Translations under genes and position numbers: made by a program | From: the human T2T-CHM13v2.0 reference genome, Homo sapiens | NCBI RefSeq assembly: GCF_009914755.1 | Contig: NC_060931.1 | Reading direction: 5' to 3' (one strand) | DNA: 64,000 nucleotides | Part shown: positions 25,201 to 39,400 of the stretch, one piece after another | Numbering within the stretch: the first letter of the stretch is position 1 | How the letters are laid out: each line of letters opens with the position of its first letter | Notes under the pieces: generated by a model | The model's database searches: none | Told to the model about the DNA's origin: nothing | What the model saw: the letters and a program-made list of their open reading frames with translations, nothing else

Positions 25201-28200
25201 CACTCTTTTTGTGGAGTTTGCAAGTGGAGATTTCAAGCGATTTGATGCCAACAGTAGAAAAGGAAATATCTTCAAATAAAAACTAGACAGAATCATTCTC
25301 AGAAACTACTTTGTGATGTGTGCCTTCAACTCACAGAGTTTAACCTTTCTTTTCTTAGAGCAGTTTAGAAACACTCTGCTTGTTACGTCTGCAAGTGGAT
25401 ATTTGGACCTCTTTGAGGCCTTCGTTGCAAACGGGGTTTCTTCCTTTCATGCTAGACTAAGAAGAGTTCTCAGTAACTTTTTTGTGTTGTGTGTATTCAA
25501 CTCACAGAGTTGAACCTTGCTTTAGAGAGAGCAGATTTGAAACACTCTTGCTGTGGCATTTTCAGGTGGAGATTTCAAGCGATATGAGGACAATTGCAGA
25601 AAAGGAAATATCTTCGTATAATAACCAGACAGAATCATTCTCAGAAAGTGCTTTGTGATGTGTGCGTTCAACTCACAGAGTTTAACCTTTCTTTTCATAG
25701 AGGAGTTTGGAAACACACTGTTTGTAAAGTCTGCAAGTGGATACATGGACCTGTTTGAGGCCTTCGTTGGAAACGGGATTTCTTCATTGAATGCTAGACG
25801 GAAGAATTCTCAGTAAATTCTTTGTGTTGTGTGCATTCAACTCACAGAGTGGAACGTCCCTTTAGACAGAGCAGATTTGAAACACTCTTTTTGCGGAATT
25901 TGCAAGTGGAGATTTCTAGCCATTTGATGCCAACAGTAGAAAGGGAAATATCTTCAAATAAAAACCAGACAGAATCATTCTCAGAAAATTCTTTGTGATG
26001 TGTGCGTTCAACTCACATAGTTTAACCTTTCTTTTCATAGAGCAGTTTGGAAACACTCTGTTTGTAAAGTCTGCAAGTGGATCTATGGACCGCATTGAGG
26101 CCTTCGTTGGAAAGGGGATTTCTTCATTTCATGCTAGACAGAAGAATTCTCAGTAACTTCTTTGTGCTGTGTGTATTCAACTCACAGAGTGGAACGTCCC
26201 TTTGCACAGAGCAGATTTGAAACACTCTTTTTGTGGAGTTTGCAAGTGGAGATTTCAAGCGATTTGATGCCAACAGTAGAAAAGGAAATATCTTCAAATA
26301 AAAACTAGACAGAATCATTCTCAGAAACTACTTTGTGATGTGTGCCTTCAACTCACAGAGTTTAACCTTTCTTTTCTTAGAGCAGTTTAGAAACACTCTG
26401 CTTGTTATGTCTGCAAGTGGATATTTGGACCTCTTTGAGGCCTTCGTTGCAAACGGGGTTTCTTCCTTTCATGCTAGACTAAGAAGAGTTCTCAGTAACT
26501 TTTTTGTGTTGTGTGTATTCAACTCACAGAGTTGAACCTTGCTTTAGAGAGAGCAGATTTGAAACACTCTTGCTGTGGCATTTTCAGGTGGAGATTTCAA
26601 GCGATTTGAGGACAATAGCAGAAAAGGAAATATCTTCGTATAATAACCAGACAGAATCATTCTCAGAAAGTGCTTTGTGATGTGTGCGTTCAACTCACAG
26701 AGTTTAACCTTTCTTTTCATAGAGGAGTTTGGAAACACACTGTTTGTAAAGTCTGCAAGTGGATATATGGACCTGTTTGAGGCCTTCGTTGGAAACGGGA
26801 TTTCTTCATTGAATGCTAGACGGAAGAATTCTCAGTAAATTCTTTGTGTTGTGTGCATTCAACTCACAGAGTGGAACGTCCCTTTAGACAGAGCAGATTT
26901 GAAACACTCTTTTTGCGGAATTTGCAAGTGGAGATTTCTAGCCATTTGATGCCAACAGTAGAAAGGGAAATATCTTCAAATAAAAACCAGACAGAATCAT
27001 TCTCAGAAAATTCTTTGTGATGTGTGCGTTCAACTCACATAGTTTAACCTTTCTTTTCATAGAGCAGTTTGGAAACACTCTGTTTGTAAAGTCTGCAAGT
27101 GGATATATGGACCGCATTGAGGCCTTCGTTGGAAACGGGATTTCTTCATTTCATGCTAGACAGAAGAATTCTCAGTAACTTCTTTGTGCTGTGTGTATTC
27201 AACTCACAGAGTGGAACGTCCCTTTGCACAGAGCAGATTTGAAACACTCTTTTTGTGGAGTTTGCAAGTGGAGATTTCAAGCGATTTGATGCCAACAGTA
27301 GAAAAGGAAATATCTTCAAATAAAAACTAGACAGAATCATTCTCAGAAACTACTTTGTGATGTGTGCCTTCAACTCACAGAGTTTAACCTTTCTTTTCTT
27401 AGAGCAGTTTAGAAACACTCTGCTTGTTATGTCTGCAAGTGGATATTTGGACCTCTTTGAGGCCTTCGTTGCAAACGGGGTTTCTTCCTTTCATGCTAGA
27501 CTAAGAAGAGTTCTCAGTAACTTTTTTGTGTTGTGTGTATTCAACTCACAGAGTTGAACCTTGCTTTAGAGAGAGCAGATTTGAAACACTCTTGCTGTGG
27601 CATTTTCAGGTGGAGATTTCAAGCGATATGAGGACAATTGCAGAAAAGGAAATATCTTCGTATAATAACCAGACAGAATCATTCTCAGAAAGTGCTTTGT
27701 GATGTGTGCGTTCAACTCACAGAGTTTAACCTTTCTTTTCATAGAGGAGTTTGGAAACACACTGTTTGTAAAGTCTGCAAGTGGATATATGGACCTGTTT
27801 GAGGCCTTCGTTGGAAACGGGATTTCTTCATTGAATGCTAGACGGAAGAATTCTCAGTAAATTCTTTGTGTTGTGTGCATTCAACTCACAGAGTGGAACG
27901 TCCCTTTAGACAGAGCAGATTTGAAACACTCTTTTTGCGGAATTTGCAAGTGGAGATTTCTAGCCATTTGATGCCAACAGTAGAAAGGGAAATATCTTCA
28001 AATAAAAACCAGACAGAATCATTCTCAGAAAATTCTTTGTGATGTGTGCGTTCAACTCACATAGTTTAACCTTTCTTTTCATAGAGCAGTTTGGAAACAC
28101 TCTGTTTGTAAAGTCTGCAAGTGGATATATGGACCGCATTGAGGCCTTCGTTGGAAACGGGATTTCTTCATTTCATGCTAGACAGAAGAATTCTCAGTAA

Positions 28201-30403
28201 CTTCTTTGTGCTGTGTGTATTCAACTCACAGAGTGGAACGTCCCTTTGCACAGAGCAGATTTGAAACACTCTTTTTGTGGAGTTTGCAAGTGGAGATTTC
28301 AAGCGATTTGATGCCAACAGTAGAAAAGGAAATATCTTCAAATAAAAACTAGACAGAATCATTCTCAGAAACTACTTTGTGATGTGTGCCTTCAACTCAC
28401 AGAGTTTAACCTTTCTTTTCTTAGAGCAGTTTAGAAACACTCTGCTTGTTATGTCTGCAAGTGGATATTTGGACCTCTTTGAGGCCTTCGTTGCAAACGG
28501 GGTTTCTTCCTTTCATGCTAGACTAAGAAGAGTTCTCAGTAACTTTTTTGTGTTGTGTGTATTCAACTCACAGAGTTGAACCTTGCTTTAGAGAGAGCAG
28601 ATTTGAAACACTCTTGCTGTGGCATTTTCAGGTGGAGATTTCAAGCGATTTGAGGACAATTGCAGAAAAGGAAATATCTTCGTATAATAACCAGACAGAA
28701 TCATTCTCAGAAAGTGCTTTGTGATGTGTGCGTTCAACTCACAGAGTTTTACCTTTCTTTTCATAGAGGAGTTTGGAAACACACTGTTTGTGAAGTCTGC
28801 AAGTGGATACATGGACCTGTTTGAGGCCTTCGTTGGAAACGGGATTTCTTCATTGAATGCTAGACGGAAGAATTCTCAGTAAATTCTTTGTGTTGTGTGC
28901 ATTCAACTCACAGAGTGGAACGTCCCTTTAGACAGAGCAGATTTGAAACACTCTTTTTGCGGAATTTGCAAGTGGAGATTTCTAGCCATTTGATGCCAAC
29001 AGTAGAAAGGGAAATATCTTCAAATAAAAACCAGACAGAATCATTCTCAGAAAATTCTTTGTGATGTGTGCGTTCAACTCACATAGTTTAACCTTTCTTT
29101 TCATAGAGCAGTTTGGAAACACTCTGTTTGTAAAGTCTGCAAGTGGATATATGGACCGCATTGAGGCCTTCGTTGGAAACGGGATTTCTTCATTTCATGC
29201 TAGACAGAAGAATTCTCAGTAACTTCTTTGTGCTGTGTGTATTCAACTCACAGAGTGGAACGTCCCTTTACACAGAGCAGATTTGAAACACTCTTTTTGT
29301 GGAGTTTGCAAGTGGAGATTTCAAGCGATTTGATGCCAACAGTAGAAAAGGAAATATCTTCAAATAAAAACTAGACAGAATCATTCTCAGAAACTACTTT
29401 GTGATGTGTGCCTTCAACTCACAGAGTTTAACCTTTCTTTTCTTAGAGCAGTTTAGAAACACTCTGCTTGTTACGTCTGCAAGTGGATATTTGGACCTCT
29501 TTGAGGCCTTCGTTGCAAACGGGGTTTCTTCCTTTCATGCTAGACTAAGAAGAGTTCTCAGTAACTTTTTTGTGTTGTGTGTATTCAACTCACAGAGTTG
29601 AACCTTGCTTTAGAGAGAGCAGATTTGAAACACTCTTGCTGTGGCATTTTCAGGTGGAGATTTCAAGCGATTTGAGGACAATTGCAGAAAAGGAAATATC
29701 TTCGTATAATAACCAGACAGAATCATTCTCAGAAAGTGCTTTGTGATGTGTGCGTTCAACTCACAGAGTTTTACCTTTCTTTTCATAGAGGAGTTTGGAA
29801 ACACACTGTTTGTAAAGTCTGCAAGTGGATATATGGACCTGTTTGAGGCCTTCGTTGGAAACGGGATTTCTTCATTGAATGCTAGACGGAAGAATTCTCA
29901 GTAAATTCTTTGTGTTGTGTGCATTCAACTCACAGAGTGGAACGTCCCTTTAGACAGAGCAGATTTGAAACACTCTTTTTGCGGAATTTGCAAGTGGAGA
30001 TTTCTAGCCATTTGATGCCAACAGTAGAAAGGGAAATATCTTCAAATAAAAACCAGACAGAATCATTCTCAGAAAATTCTTTGTGATGTGTGCGTTCAAC
30101 TCACATAGTTTAACCTTTCTTTTCATAGAGCAGTTTGGATACACTCTGTTTGTAAAGTCTGCAAGTGGATATATGGACCGCATTGAGGCCTTCGTTGGAA
30201 ACGGGATTTCTTCATTTCATGCTAGACAGAAGAATTCTCAGTAACTTCTTTGTGCTGTGTGTATTCAACTCACAGAGTGGAACGTCCCTTTGCACAGAGC
30301 AGATTTGAAACACTCTTTTTGTGGAGTTTGCAAGTGGAGATTTCAAGCGATTTGATGCCAACAGTAGAAAAGGAAATATCTTCAAATAAAAACTAGACAG
30401 AAT

Positions 30404-33400
30404 CATTCTCAGAAACTACTTTGTGATGTGTGCCTTCAACTCACAGAGTTTAACCTTTCTTTTCTTAGAGCAGTTTAGAAACACTCTGCTTGTTATGTCT
30501 GCAAGTGGATATTTGGACCTCTTTGAGGCCTTCGTTGCAAACGGGGTTTCTTCCTTTCATGCTAGACTAAGAAGAGTTCTCAGTAACTTTTTTGTGTTGT
30601 GTGTATTCAACTCACAGAGTTGAACCTTGCTTTAGAGAGAGCAGATTTGAAACACTCTTGCTGTGGCATTTTCAGGTGGAGATTTCAAGCGATTTGAGGA
30701 CAATTGCAGAAAAGGAAATATCTTCGTATAATAACCAGACAGAATCATTCTCAGAAAGTGCTTTGTGATGTGTGCGTTCAACTCACAGAGTTTAACCTTT
30801 CTTTTCATAGAGGAGTTTGGAAACACACTGTTTGTAAAGTCTGCAAGTGGATATATGGACCTGTTTGAGGCCTTCGTTGGAAACGGGATTTCTTCATTGA
30901 ATGCTAGACGGAAGAATTCTCAGTAAATTCTTTGTGTTGTGTGCATTCAACTCACAGAGTGGAACGTCCCTTTAGACAGAGCAGATTTGAAACACTCTTT
31001 TTGCGGAATTTGCAAGTGGAGATTTCTAGCCATTTGATGCCAACAGTAGAAAGGGAAATATCTTCAAATAAAAACCAGACAGAATCATTCTCAGAAAATT
31101 CTTTGTGATGTGTGCGTTCAACTCACATAGTTTAACCTTTCTTTTCATAGAGCAGTTTGGATACACTCTGTTTGTAAAGTCTGCAAGTGGATATATGGAC
31201 CGCATTGAGGCCTTCGTTGGAAACGGGATTTCTTCATTTCATGCTAGACAGAAGAATTCTCAGTAACTTCTTTGTGCTGTGTGTATTCAACTCACAGAGT
31301 GGAACGTCCCTTTGCACAGAGCAGATTTGAAACACTCTTTTTGTGGAGTTTGCAAGTGGAGATTTCAAGCGATTTGATGCCAACAGTAGAAAAGGAAATA
31401 TCTTCAAATAAAAACTAGACAGAATCATTCTCAGAAACTACTTTGTGATGTGTGCCTTCAACTCACAGAGTTTAACCTTTCTTTTCTTAGAGCAGTTTAG
31501 AAACACTCTGCTTGTTATGTCTGCAAGTGGATATTTGGACCTCTTTGAGGCCTTCGTTGCAAACGGGGTTTCTTCCTTTCATGCTAGACTAAGAAGAGTT
31601 CTCAGTAACTTTTTTGTGTTGTGTGTATTCAACTCACAGAGTTGAACCTTGCTTTAGAGAGAGCAGATTTGAAACACTCTTGCTGTGGCATTTTCAGGTG
31701 GAGATTTCAAGCGATTTGAGGACAATTGCAGAAAAGGAAATATCTTCGTATAATAACCAGACAGAATCATTCTCAGAAAGTGCTTTGTGATGTGTGCGTT
31801 CAACTCACAGAGTTTAACCTTTCTTTTCATAGAGGAGTTTGGAAACACACTGTTTGTAAAGTCTGCAAGTGGATATATGGACCTGTTTGAGGCCTTCGTT
31901 GGAAACGGGATTTCTTCATTGAATGCTAGACGGAAGAATTCTCAGTAAATTCTTTGTGTTGTGTGCATTCAACTCACAGAGTGGAACGTCCCTTTAGACA
32001 GAGCAGATTTGAAACACTCTTTTTGCGGAATTTGCAAGTGGAGATTTCTAGCCATTTGATGCCAACAGTAGAAAGGGAAATATCTTCAAATAAAAACCAG
32101 ACAGAATCATTCTCAGAAAATTCTTTGTGATGTGTGCGTTCAACTCACATAGTTTAACCTTTCTTTTCATAGAGCAGTTTGGAAACACTCTGTTTGTAAA
32201 GTCTGCAAGTGGATATATGGACCGCATTGAGGCCTTCGTTGGAAACGGGATTTCTTCATTTCATGCTAGACAGAAGAATTCTCAGTAACTTCTTTGTGCT
32301 GTGTGTATTCAACTCACAGAGTGGAACGTCCCTTTGCACAGAGCAGATTTGAAACACTCTTTTTGTGGAGTTTGCAAGTGGAGATTTCAAGCGATTTGAT
32401 GCCAACAGTAGAAAAGGAAATATCTTCAAATAAAAACTAGACAGAATCATTCTCAGAAACTACTTTGTGATGTGTGCCTTCAACTCACAGAGTTTAACCT
32501 TTCTTTTCTTAGAGCAGTTTAGAAACACTCTGCTTGTTACGTCTGCAAGTGGATATTTGGACCTCTTTGAGGCCTTCGTTGCAAACGGGGTTTCTTCCTT
32601 TCATGCTAGACTAAGAAGTGTTCTCAGTAACTTTTTTGTGTTGTGTGTATTCAACTCACAGAGTTGAACCTTGCTTTAGAGAGAGCAGATTTGAAACACT
32701 CTTGCTGTGGCATTTTCAGGTGGAGATTTCAAGCGATTTGAGGACAATTGCAGAAAAGGAAATATCTTCGTATAATAACCAGACAGAATCATTCTCAGAA
32801 AGTGCTTTGTGATGTGTGCGTTCAACTCACAGAGTTTAACCTTTCTTTTCATAGAGGAGTTTGGAAACACACTGTTTGTAAAGTCTGCAAGTGGATACAT
32901 GGACCTGTTTGAGGCCTTCGTTGGAAACGGGATTTCTTCATTGAATGCTAGACGGAAGAATTCTCAGTAAATTCTTTGTGTTGTGTGCATTCAACTCACA
33001 GAGTGGAACGTCCCTTTAGACAGAGCAGATTTGAAACACTCTTTTTGCGGAATTTGCAAGTGGAGATTTCTAGCCATTTGATGCCAACAGTAGAAAGGGA
33101 AATATCTTCAAATAAAAACCAGACAGAATCATTCTCAGAAAATTCTTTGTGATGTGTGCGTTCAACTCACATAGTTTAACCTTTCTTTTCATAGAGCAGT
33201 TTGGAAACACTCTGTTTGTAAAGTCTGCAAGTGGATATATGGACCGCATTGAGGCCTTCGTTGGAAACGGGATTTCTTCATTTCATGCTAGACAGAAGAA
33301 TTCTCAGTAACTTCTTTGTGCTGTGTGTATTCAACTCACAGAGTGGAACGTCCCTTTGCACAGAGCAGATTTGAAACACTCTTTTTGTGGAGTTTGCAAG

Positions 33401-36400
33401 TGGAGATTTCAAGCGATTTGATGCCAACAGTAGAAAAGGAAATATCTTCAAATAAAAACTAGACAGAATCATTCTCAGAAACTACTTTGTGATGTGTGCC
33501 TTCAACTCACAGAGTTTAACCTTTCTTTTCTTAGAGCAGTTTAGAAACACTCTGCTTGTTATGTCTGCAAGTGGATATTTGGACCTCTTTGAGGCCTTCG
33601 TTGCAAACGGGGTTTCTTCCTTTCATGCTAGACTAAGAAGAGTTCTCAGTAACTTTTTTGTGTTGTGTGTATTCAACTCACAGAGTTGAACCTTGCTTTA
33701 GAGAGAGCAGATTTGAAACACTCTTGCTGTGGCATTTTCAGGTGGAGATTTCAAGCGATTTGAGGACAATTGCAGAAAAGGAAATATCTTCGTATAATAA
33801 CCAGACAGAATCATTCTCAGAAAGTGCTTTGTGATGTGTGCGTTCAACTCACAGAGTTTAACCTTTCTTTTCATAGAGGAGTTTGGAAACACACTGTTTG
33901 TAAAGTCTGCAAGTGGATATATGGACCTGTTTGAGGCCTTCGTTGGAAACGGGATTTCTTCATTGAATGCTAGACGGAAGAATTCTCAGTAAATTCTTTG
34001 TGTTGTGTGCATTCAACTCACAGAGTGGAACGTCCCTTTAGACAGAGCAGATTTGAAACACTCTTTTTGCGGAATTTGCAAGTGGAGATTTCTAGCCATT
34101 TGATGCCAACAGTAGAAAGGGAAATATCTTCAAATAAAAACCAGACAGAATCATTCTCAGAAAATTCTTTGTGATGTGTGCGTTCAACTCACATAGTTTA
34201 ACCTTTCTTTTCATAGAGCAGTTTGGATACACTCTGTTTGTAAAGTCTGCAAGTGGATATATGGACCGCATTGAGGCCTTCGTTGGAAACGGGATTTCTT
34301 CATTTCATGCTAGACAGAAGAATTCTCAGTAACTTCTTTGTGCTGTGTGTATTCAACTCACAGAGTGGAACGTCCCTTTGCACAGAGCAGATTTGAAACA
34401 CTCTTTTTGTGGAGTTTGCAAGTGGAGATTTCAAGCGATTTGATGCCAACAGTAGAAAAGGAAATATCTTCAAATAAAAACTAGACAGAATCATTCTCAG
34501 AAACTACTTTGTGATGTGTGCCTTCAACTCACAGAGTTTAACCTTTCTTTTCTTAGAGCAGTTTAGAAACACTCTGCTTGTTATGTCTGCAAGTGGATAT
34601 TTGGACCTCTTTGAGGCCTTCGTTGCAAACGGGGTTTCTTCCTTTCATGCTAGACTAAGAAGAGTTCTCAGTAACTTTTTTGTGTTGTGTGTATTCAACT
34701 CACAGAGTTGAACCTTGCTTTAGAGAGAGCAGATTTGAAACACTCTTGCTGTGGCATTTTCAGGTGGAGATTTCAAGCGATTTGAGGACAATTGCAGAAA
34801 AGGAAATATCTTCGTATAATAACCAGACAGAATCATTCTCAGAAAGTGCTTTGTGATGTGTGCGTTCAACTCACAGAGTTTAACCTTTCTTTTCATAGAG
34901 GAGTTTGGAAACACACTGTTTGTAAAGTCTGCAAGTGGATATATGGACCTGTTTGAGGCCTTCGTTGGAAACGGGATTTCTTCATTGAATGCTAGACGGA
35001 AGAATTCTCAGTAAATTCTTTGTGTTGTGTGCATTCAACTCACAGAGTGGAACGTCCCTTTAGACAGAGCAGATTTGAAACACTCTTTTTGCGGAATTTG
35101 CAAGTGGAGATTTCTAGCCATTTGATGCCAACAGTAGAAAGGGAAATATCTTCAAATAAAAACCAGACAGAATCATTCTCAGAAAATTCTTTGTGATGTG
35201 TGCGTTCAACTCACATAGTTTAACCTTTCTTTTCATAGAGCAGTTTGGAAACACTCTGTTTGTAAAGTCTGCAAGTGGATATATGGACCGCATTGAGGCC
35301 TTCGTTGGAAACGGGATTTCTTCATTTCATGCTAGACAGAAGAATTCTCAGTAACTTCTTTGTGCTGTGTGTATTCAACTCACAGAGTGGAACGTCCCTT
35401 TGCACAGAGCAGATTTGAAACACTCTTTTTGTGGAGTTTGCAAGTGGAGATTTCAAGCGATTTGATGCCAACAGTAGAAAAGGAAATATCTTCAAATAAA
35501 AACTAGACAGAATCATTCTCAGAAACTACTTTGTGATGTGTGCCTTCAACTCACAGAGTTTAACCTTTCTTTTCTTAGAGCAGTTTAGAAACACTCTGCT
35601 TGTTACGTCTGCAAGTGGATATTTGGACCTCTTTGAGGCCTTCGTTGCAAACGGGGTTTCTTCCTTTCATGCTAGACTAAGAAGTGTTCTCAGTAACTTT
35701 TTTGTGTTGTGTGTATTCAACTCACAGAGTTGAACCTTGCTTTAGAGAGAGCAGATTTGAAACACTCTTGCTGTGGCATTTTCAGGTGGAGATTTCAAGC
35801 GATTTGAGGACAATTGCAGAAAAGGAAATATCTTCGTATAATAACCAGACAGAATCATTCTCAGAAAGTGCTTTGTGATGTGTGCGTTCAACTCACAGAG
35901 TTTAACCTTTCTTTTCATAGAGGAGTTTGGAAACACACTGTTTGTAAAGTCTGCAAGTGGATACATGGACCTGTTTGAGGCCTTCGTTGGAAACGGGATT
36001 TCTTCATTGAATGCTAGACGGAAGAATTCTCAGTAAATTCTTTGTGTTGTGTGCATTCAACTCACAGAGTGGAACGTCCCTTTAGACAGAGCAGATTTGA
36101 AACACTCTTTTTGCGGAATTTGCAAGTGGAGATTTCTAGCCATTTGATGCCAACAGTAGAAAGGGAAATATCTTCAAATAAAAACCAGACAGAATCATTC
36201 TCAGAAAATTCTTTGTGATGTGTGCGTTCAACTCACATAGTTTAACCTTTCTTTTCATAGAGCAGTTTGGAAACACTCTGTTTGTAAAGTCTGCAAGTGG
36301 ATATATGGACCGCATTGAGGCCTTCGTTGGAAACGGGATTTCTTCATTTCATGCTAGACAGAAGAATTCTCAGTAACTTCTTTGTGCTGTGTGTATTCAA

Positions 36401-39400
36401 CTCACAGAGTGGAACGTCCCTTTGCACAGAGCAGATTTGAAACACTCTTTTTGTGGAGTTTGCAAGTGGAGATTTCAAGCGATTTGATGCCAACAGTAGA
36501 AAAGGAAATATCTTCAAATAAAAACTAGACAGAATCATTCTCAGAAACTACTTTGTGATGTGTGCCTTCAACTCACAGAGTTTAACCTTTCTTTTCTTAG
36601 AGCAGTTTAGAAACACTCTGCTTGTTATGTCTGCAAGTGGATATTTGGACCTCTTTGAGGCCTTCGTTGCAAACGGGGTTTCTTCCTTTCATGCTAGACT
36701 AAGAAGAGTTCTCAGTAACTTTTTTGTGTTGTGTGTATTCAACTCACAGAGTTGAACCTTGCTTTAGAGAGAGCAGATTTGAAACACTCTTGCTGTGGCA
36801 TTTTCAGGTGGAGATTTCAAGCGATTTGAGGACAATTGCAGAAAAGGAAATATCTTCGTATAATAACCAGACAGAATCATTCTCAGAAAGTGCTTTGTGA
36901 TGTGTGCGTTCAACTCACAGAGTTTAACCTTTCTTTTCATAGAGGAGTTTGGAAACACACTGTTTGTAAAGTCTGCAAGTGGATATATGGACCTGTTTGA
37001 GGCCTTCGTTGGAAACGGGATTTCTTCATTGAATGCTAGACGGAAGAATTCTCAGTAAATTCTTTGTGTTGTGTGCATTCAACTCACAGAGTGGAACGTC
37101 CCTTTAGACAGAGCAGATTTGAAACACTCTTTTTGCGGAATTTGCAAGTGGAGATTTCTAGCCATTTGATGCCAACAGTAGAAAGGGAAATATCTTCAAA
37201 TAAAAACCAGACAGAATCATTCTCAGAAAATTCTTTGTGATGTGTGCGTTCAACTCACATAGTTTAACCTTTCTTTTCATAGAGCAGTTTGGATACACTC
37301 TGTTTGTAAAGTCTGCAAGTGGATATATGGACCGCATTGAGGCCTTCGTTGGAAACGGGATTTCTTCATTTCATGCTAGACAGAAGAATTCTCAGTAACT
37401 TCTTTGTGCTGTGTGTATTCAACTCACAGAGTGGAACGTCCCTTTGCACAGAGCAGATTTGAAACACTCTTTTTGTGGAGTTTGCAAGTGGAGATTTCAA
37501 GCGATTTGATGCCAACAGTAGAAAAGGAAATATCTTCAAATAAAAACTAGACAGAATCATTCTCAGAAACTACTTTGTGATGTGTGCCTTCAACTCACAG
37601 AGTTTAACCTTTCTTTTCTTAGAGCAGTTTAGAAACACTCTGCTTGTTATGTCTGCAAGTGGATATTTGGACCTCTTTGAGGCCTTCGTTGCAAACGGGG
37701 TTTCTTCCTTTCATGCTAGACTAAGAAGAGTTCTCAGTAACTTTTTTGTGTTGTGTGTATTCAACTCACAGAGTTGAACCTTGCTTTAGAGAGAGCAGAT
37801 TTGAAACACTCTTGCTGTGGCATTTTCAGGTGGAGATTTCAAGCGATTTGAGGACAATTGCAGAAAAGGAAATATCTTCGTATAATAACCAGACAGAATC
37901 ATTCTCAGAAAGTGCTTTGTGATGTGTGCGTTCAACTCACAGAGTTTAACCTTTCTTTTCATAGAGGAGTTTGGAAACACACTGTTTGTAAAGTCTGCAA
38001 GTGGATATATGGACCTGTTTGAGGCCTTCGTTGGAAACGGGATTTCTTCATTGAATGCTAGACGGAAGAATTCTCAGTAAATTCTTTGTGTTGTGTGCAT
38101 TCAACTCACAGAGTGGAACGTCCCTTTAGACAGAGCAGATTTGAAACACTCTTTTTGCGGAATTTGCAAGTGGAGATTTCTAGCCATTTGATGCCAACAG
38201 TAGAAAGGGAAATATCTTCAAATAAAAACCAGACAGAATCATTCTCAGAAAATTCTTTGTGATGTGTGCGTTCAACTCACATAGTTTAACCTTTCTTTTC
38301 ATAGAGCAGTTTGGAAACACTCTGTTTGTAAAGTCTGCAAGTGGATATATGGACCGCATTGAGGCCTTCGTTGGAAACGGGATTTCTTCATTTCATGCTA
38401 GACAGAAGAATTCTCAGTAACTTCTTTGTGCTGTGTGTATTCAACTCACAGAGTGGAACGTCCCTTTGCACAGAGCAGATTTGAAACACTCTTTTTGTGG
38501 AGTTTGCAAGTGGAGATTTCAAGCGATTTGATGCCAACAGTAGAAAAGGAAATATCTTCAAATAAAAACTAGACAGAATCATTCTCAGAAACTACTTTGT
38601 GATGTGTGCCTTCAACTCACAGAGTTTAACCTTTCTTTTCTTAGAGCAGTTTAGAAACACTCTGCTTGTTATGTCTGCAAGTGGATATTTGGACCTCTTT
38701 GAGGCCTTCGTTGCAAACGGGGTTTCTTCCTTTCATGCTAGACTAAGAAGTGTTCTCAGTAACTTTTTTGTGTTGTGTGTATTCAACTCACAGAGTTGAA
38801 CCTTGCTTTAGAGAGAGCAGATTTGAAACACTCTTGCTGTGGCATTTTCAGGTGGAGATTTCAAGCGATTTGAGGACAATTGCAGAAAAGGAAATATCTT
38901 CGTATAATAACCAGACAGAATCATTCTCAGAAAGTGCTTTGTGATGTGTGCGTTCAACTCACAGAGTTTAACCTTTCTTTTCATAGAGGAGTTTGGAAAC
39001 ACACTGTTTGTAAAGTCTGCAAGTGGATACATGGACCTGTTTGAGGCCTTCGTTGGAAACGGGATTTCTTCATTGAATGCTAGACGGAAGAATTCTCAGT
39101 AAATTCTTTGTGTTGTGTGCATTCAACTCACAGAGTGGAACGTCCCTTTAGACAGAGCAGATTTGAAACACTCTTTTTGCGGAATTTGCAAGTGGAGATT
39201 TCTAGCCATTTGATGCCAACAGTAGAAAGGGAAATATCTTCAAATAAAAACCAGACAGAATCATTCTCAGAAAATTCTTTGTGATGTGTGCGTTCAACTC
39301 ACATAGTTTAACCTTTCTTTTCATAGAGCAGTTTGGAAACACTCTGTTTGTAAAGTCTGCAAGTGGATATATGGACCGCATTGAGGCCTTCGTTGGAAAC

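Noticed and set aside
21298-29474. TTACGT at 4-HOR spacing (21298, 25386, 29474)
   Set aside because: Other markers (GGATACAT, GATATGAGG, GAGTTTTACC) do not follow the same period, so it is not called a super-repeat.
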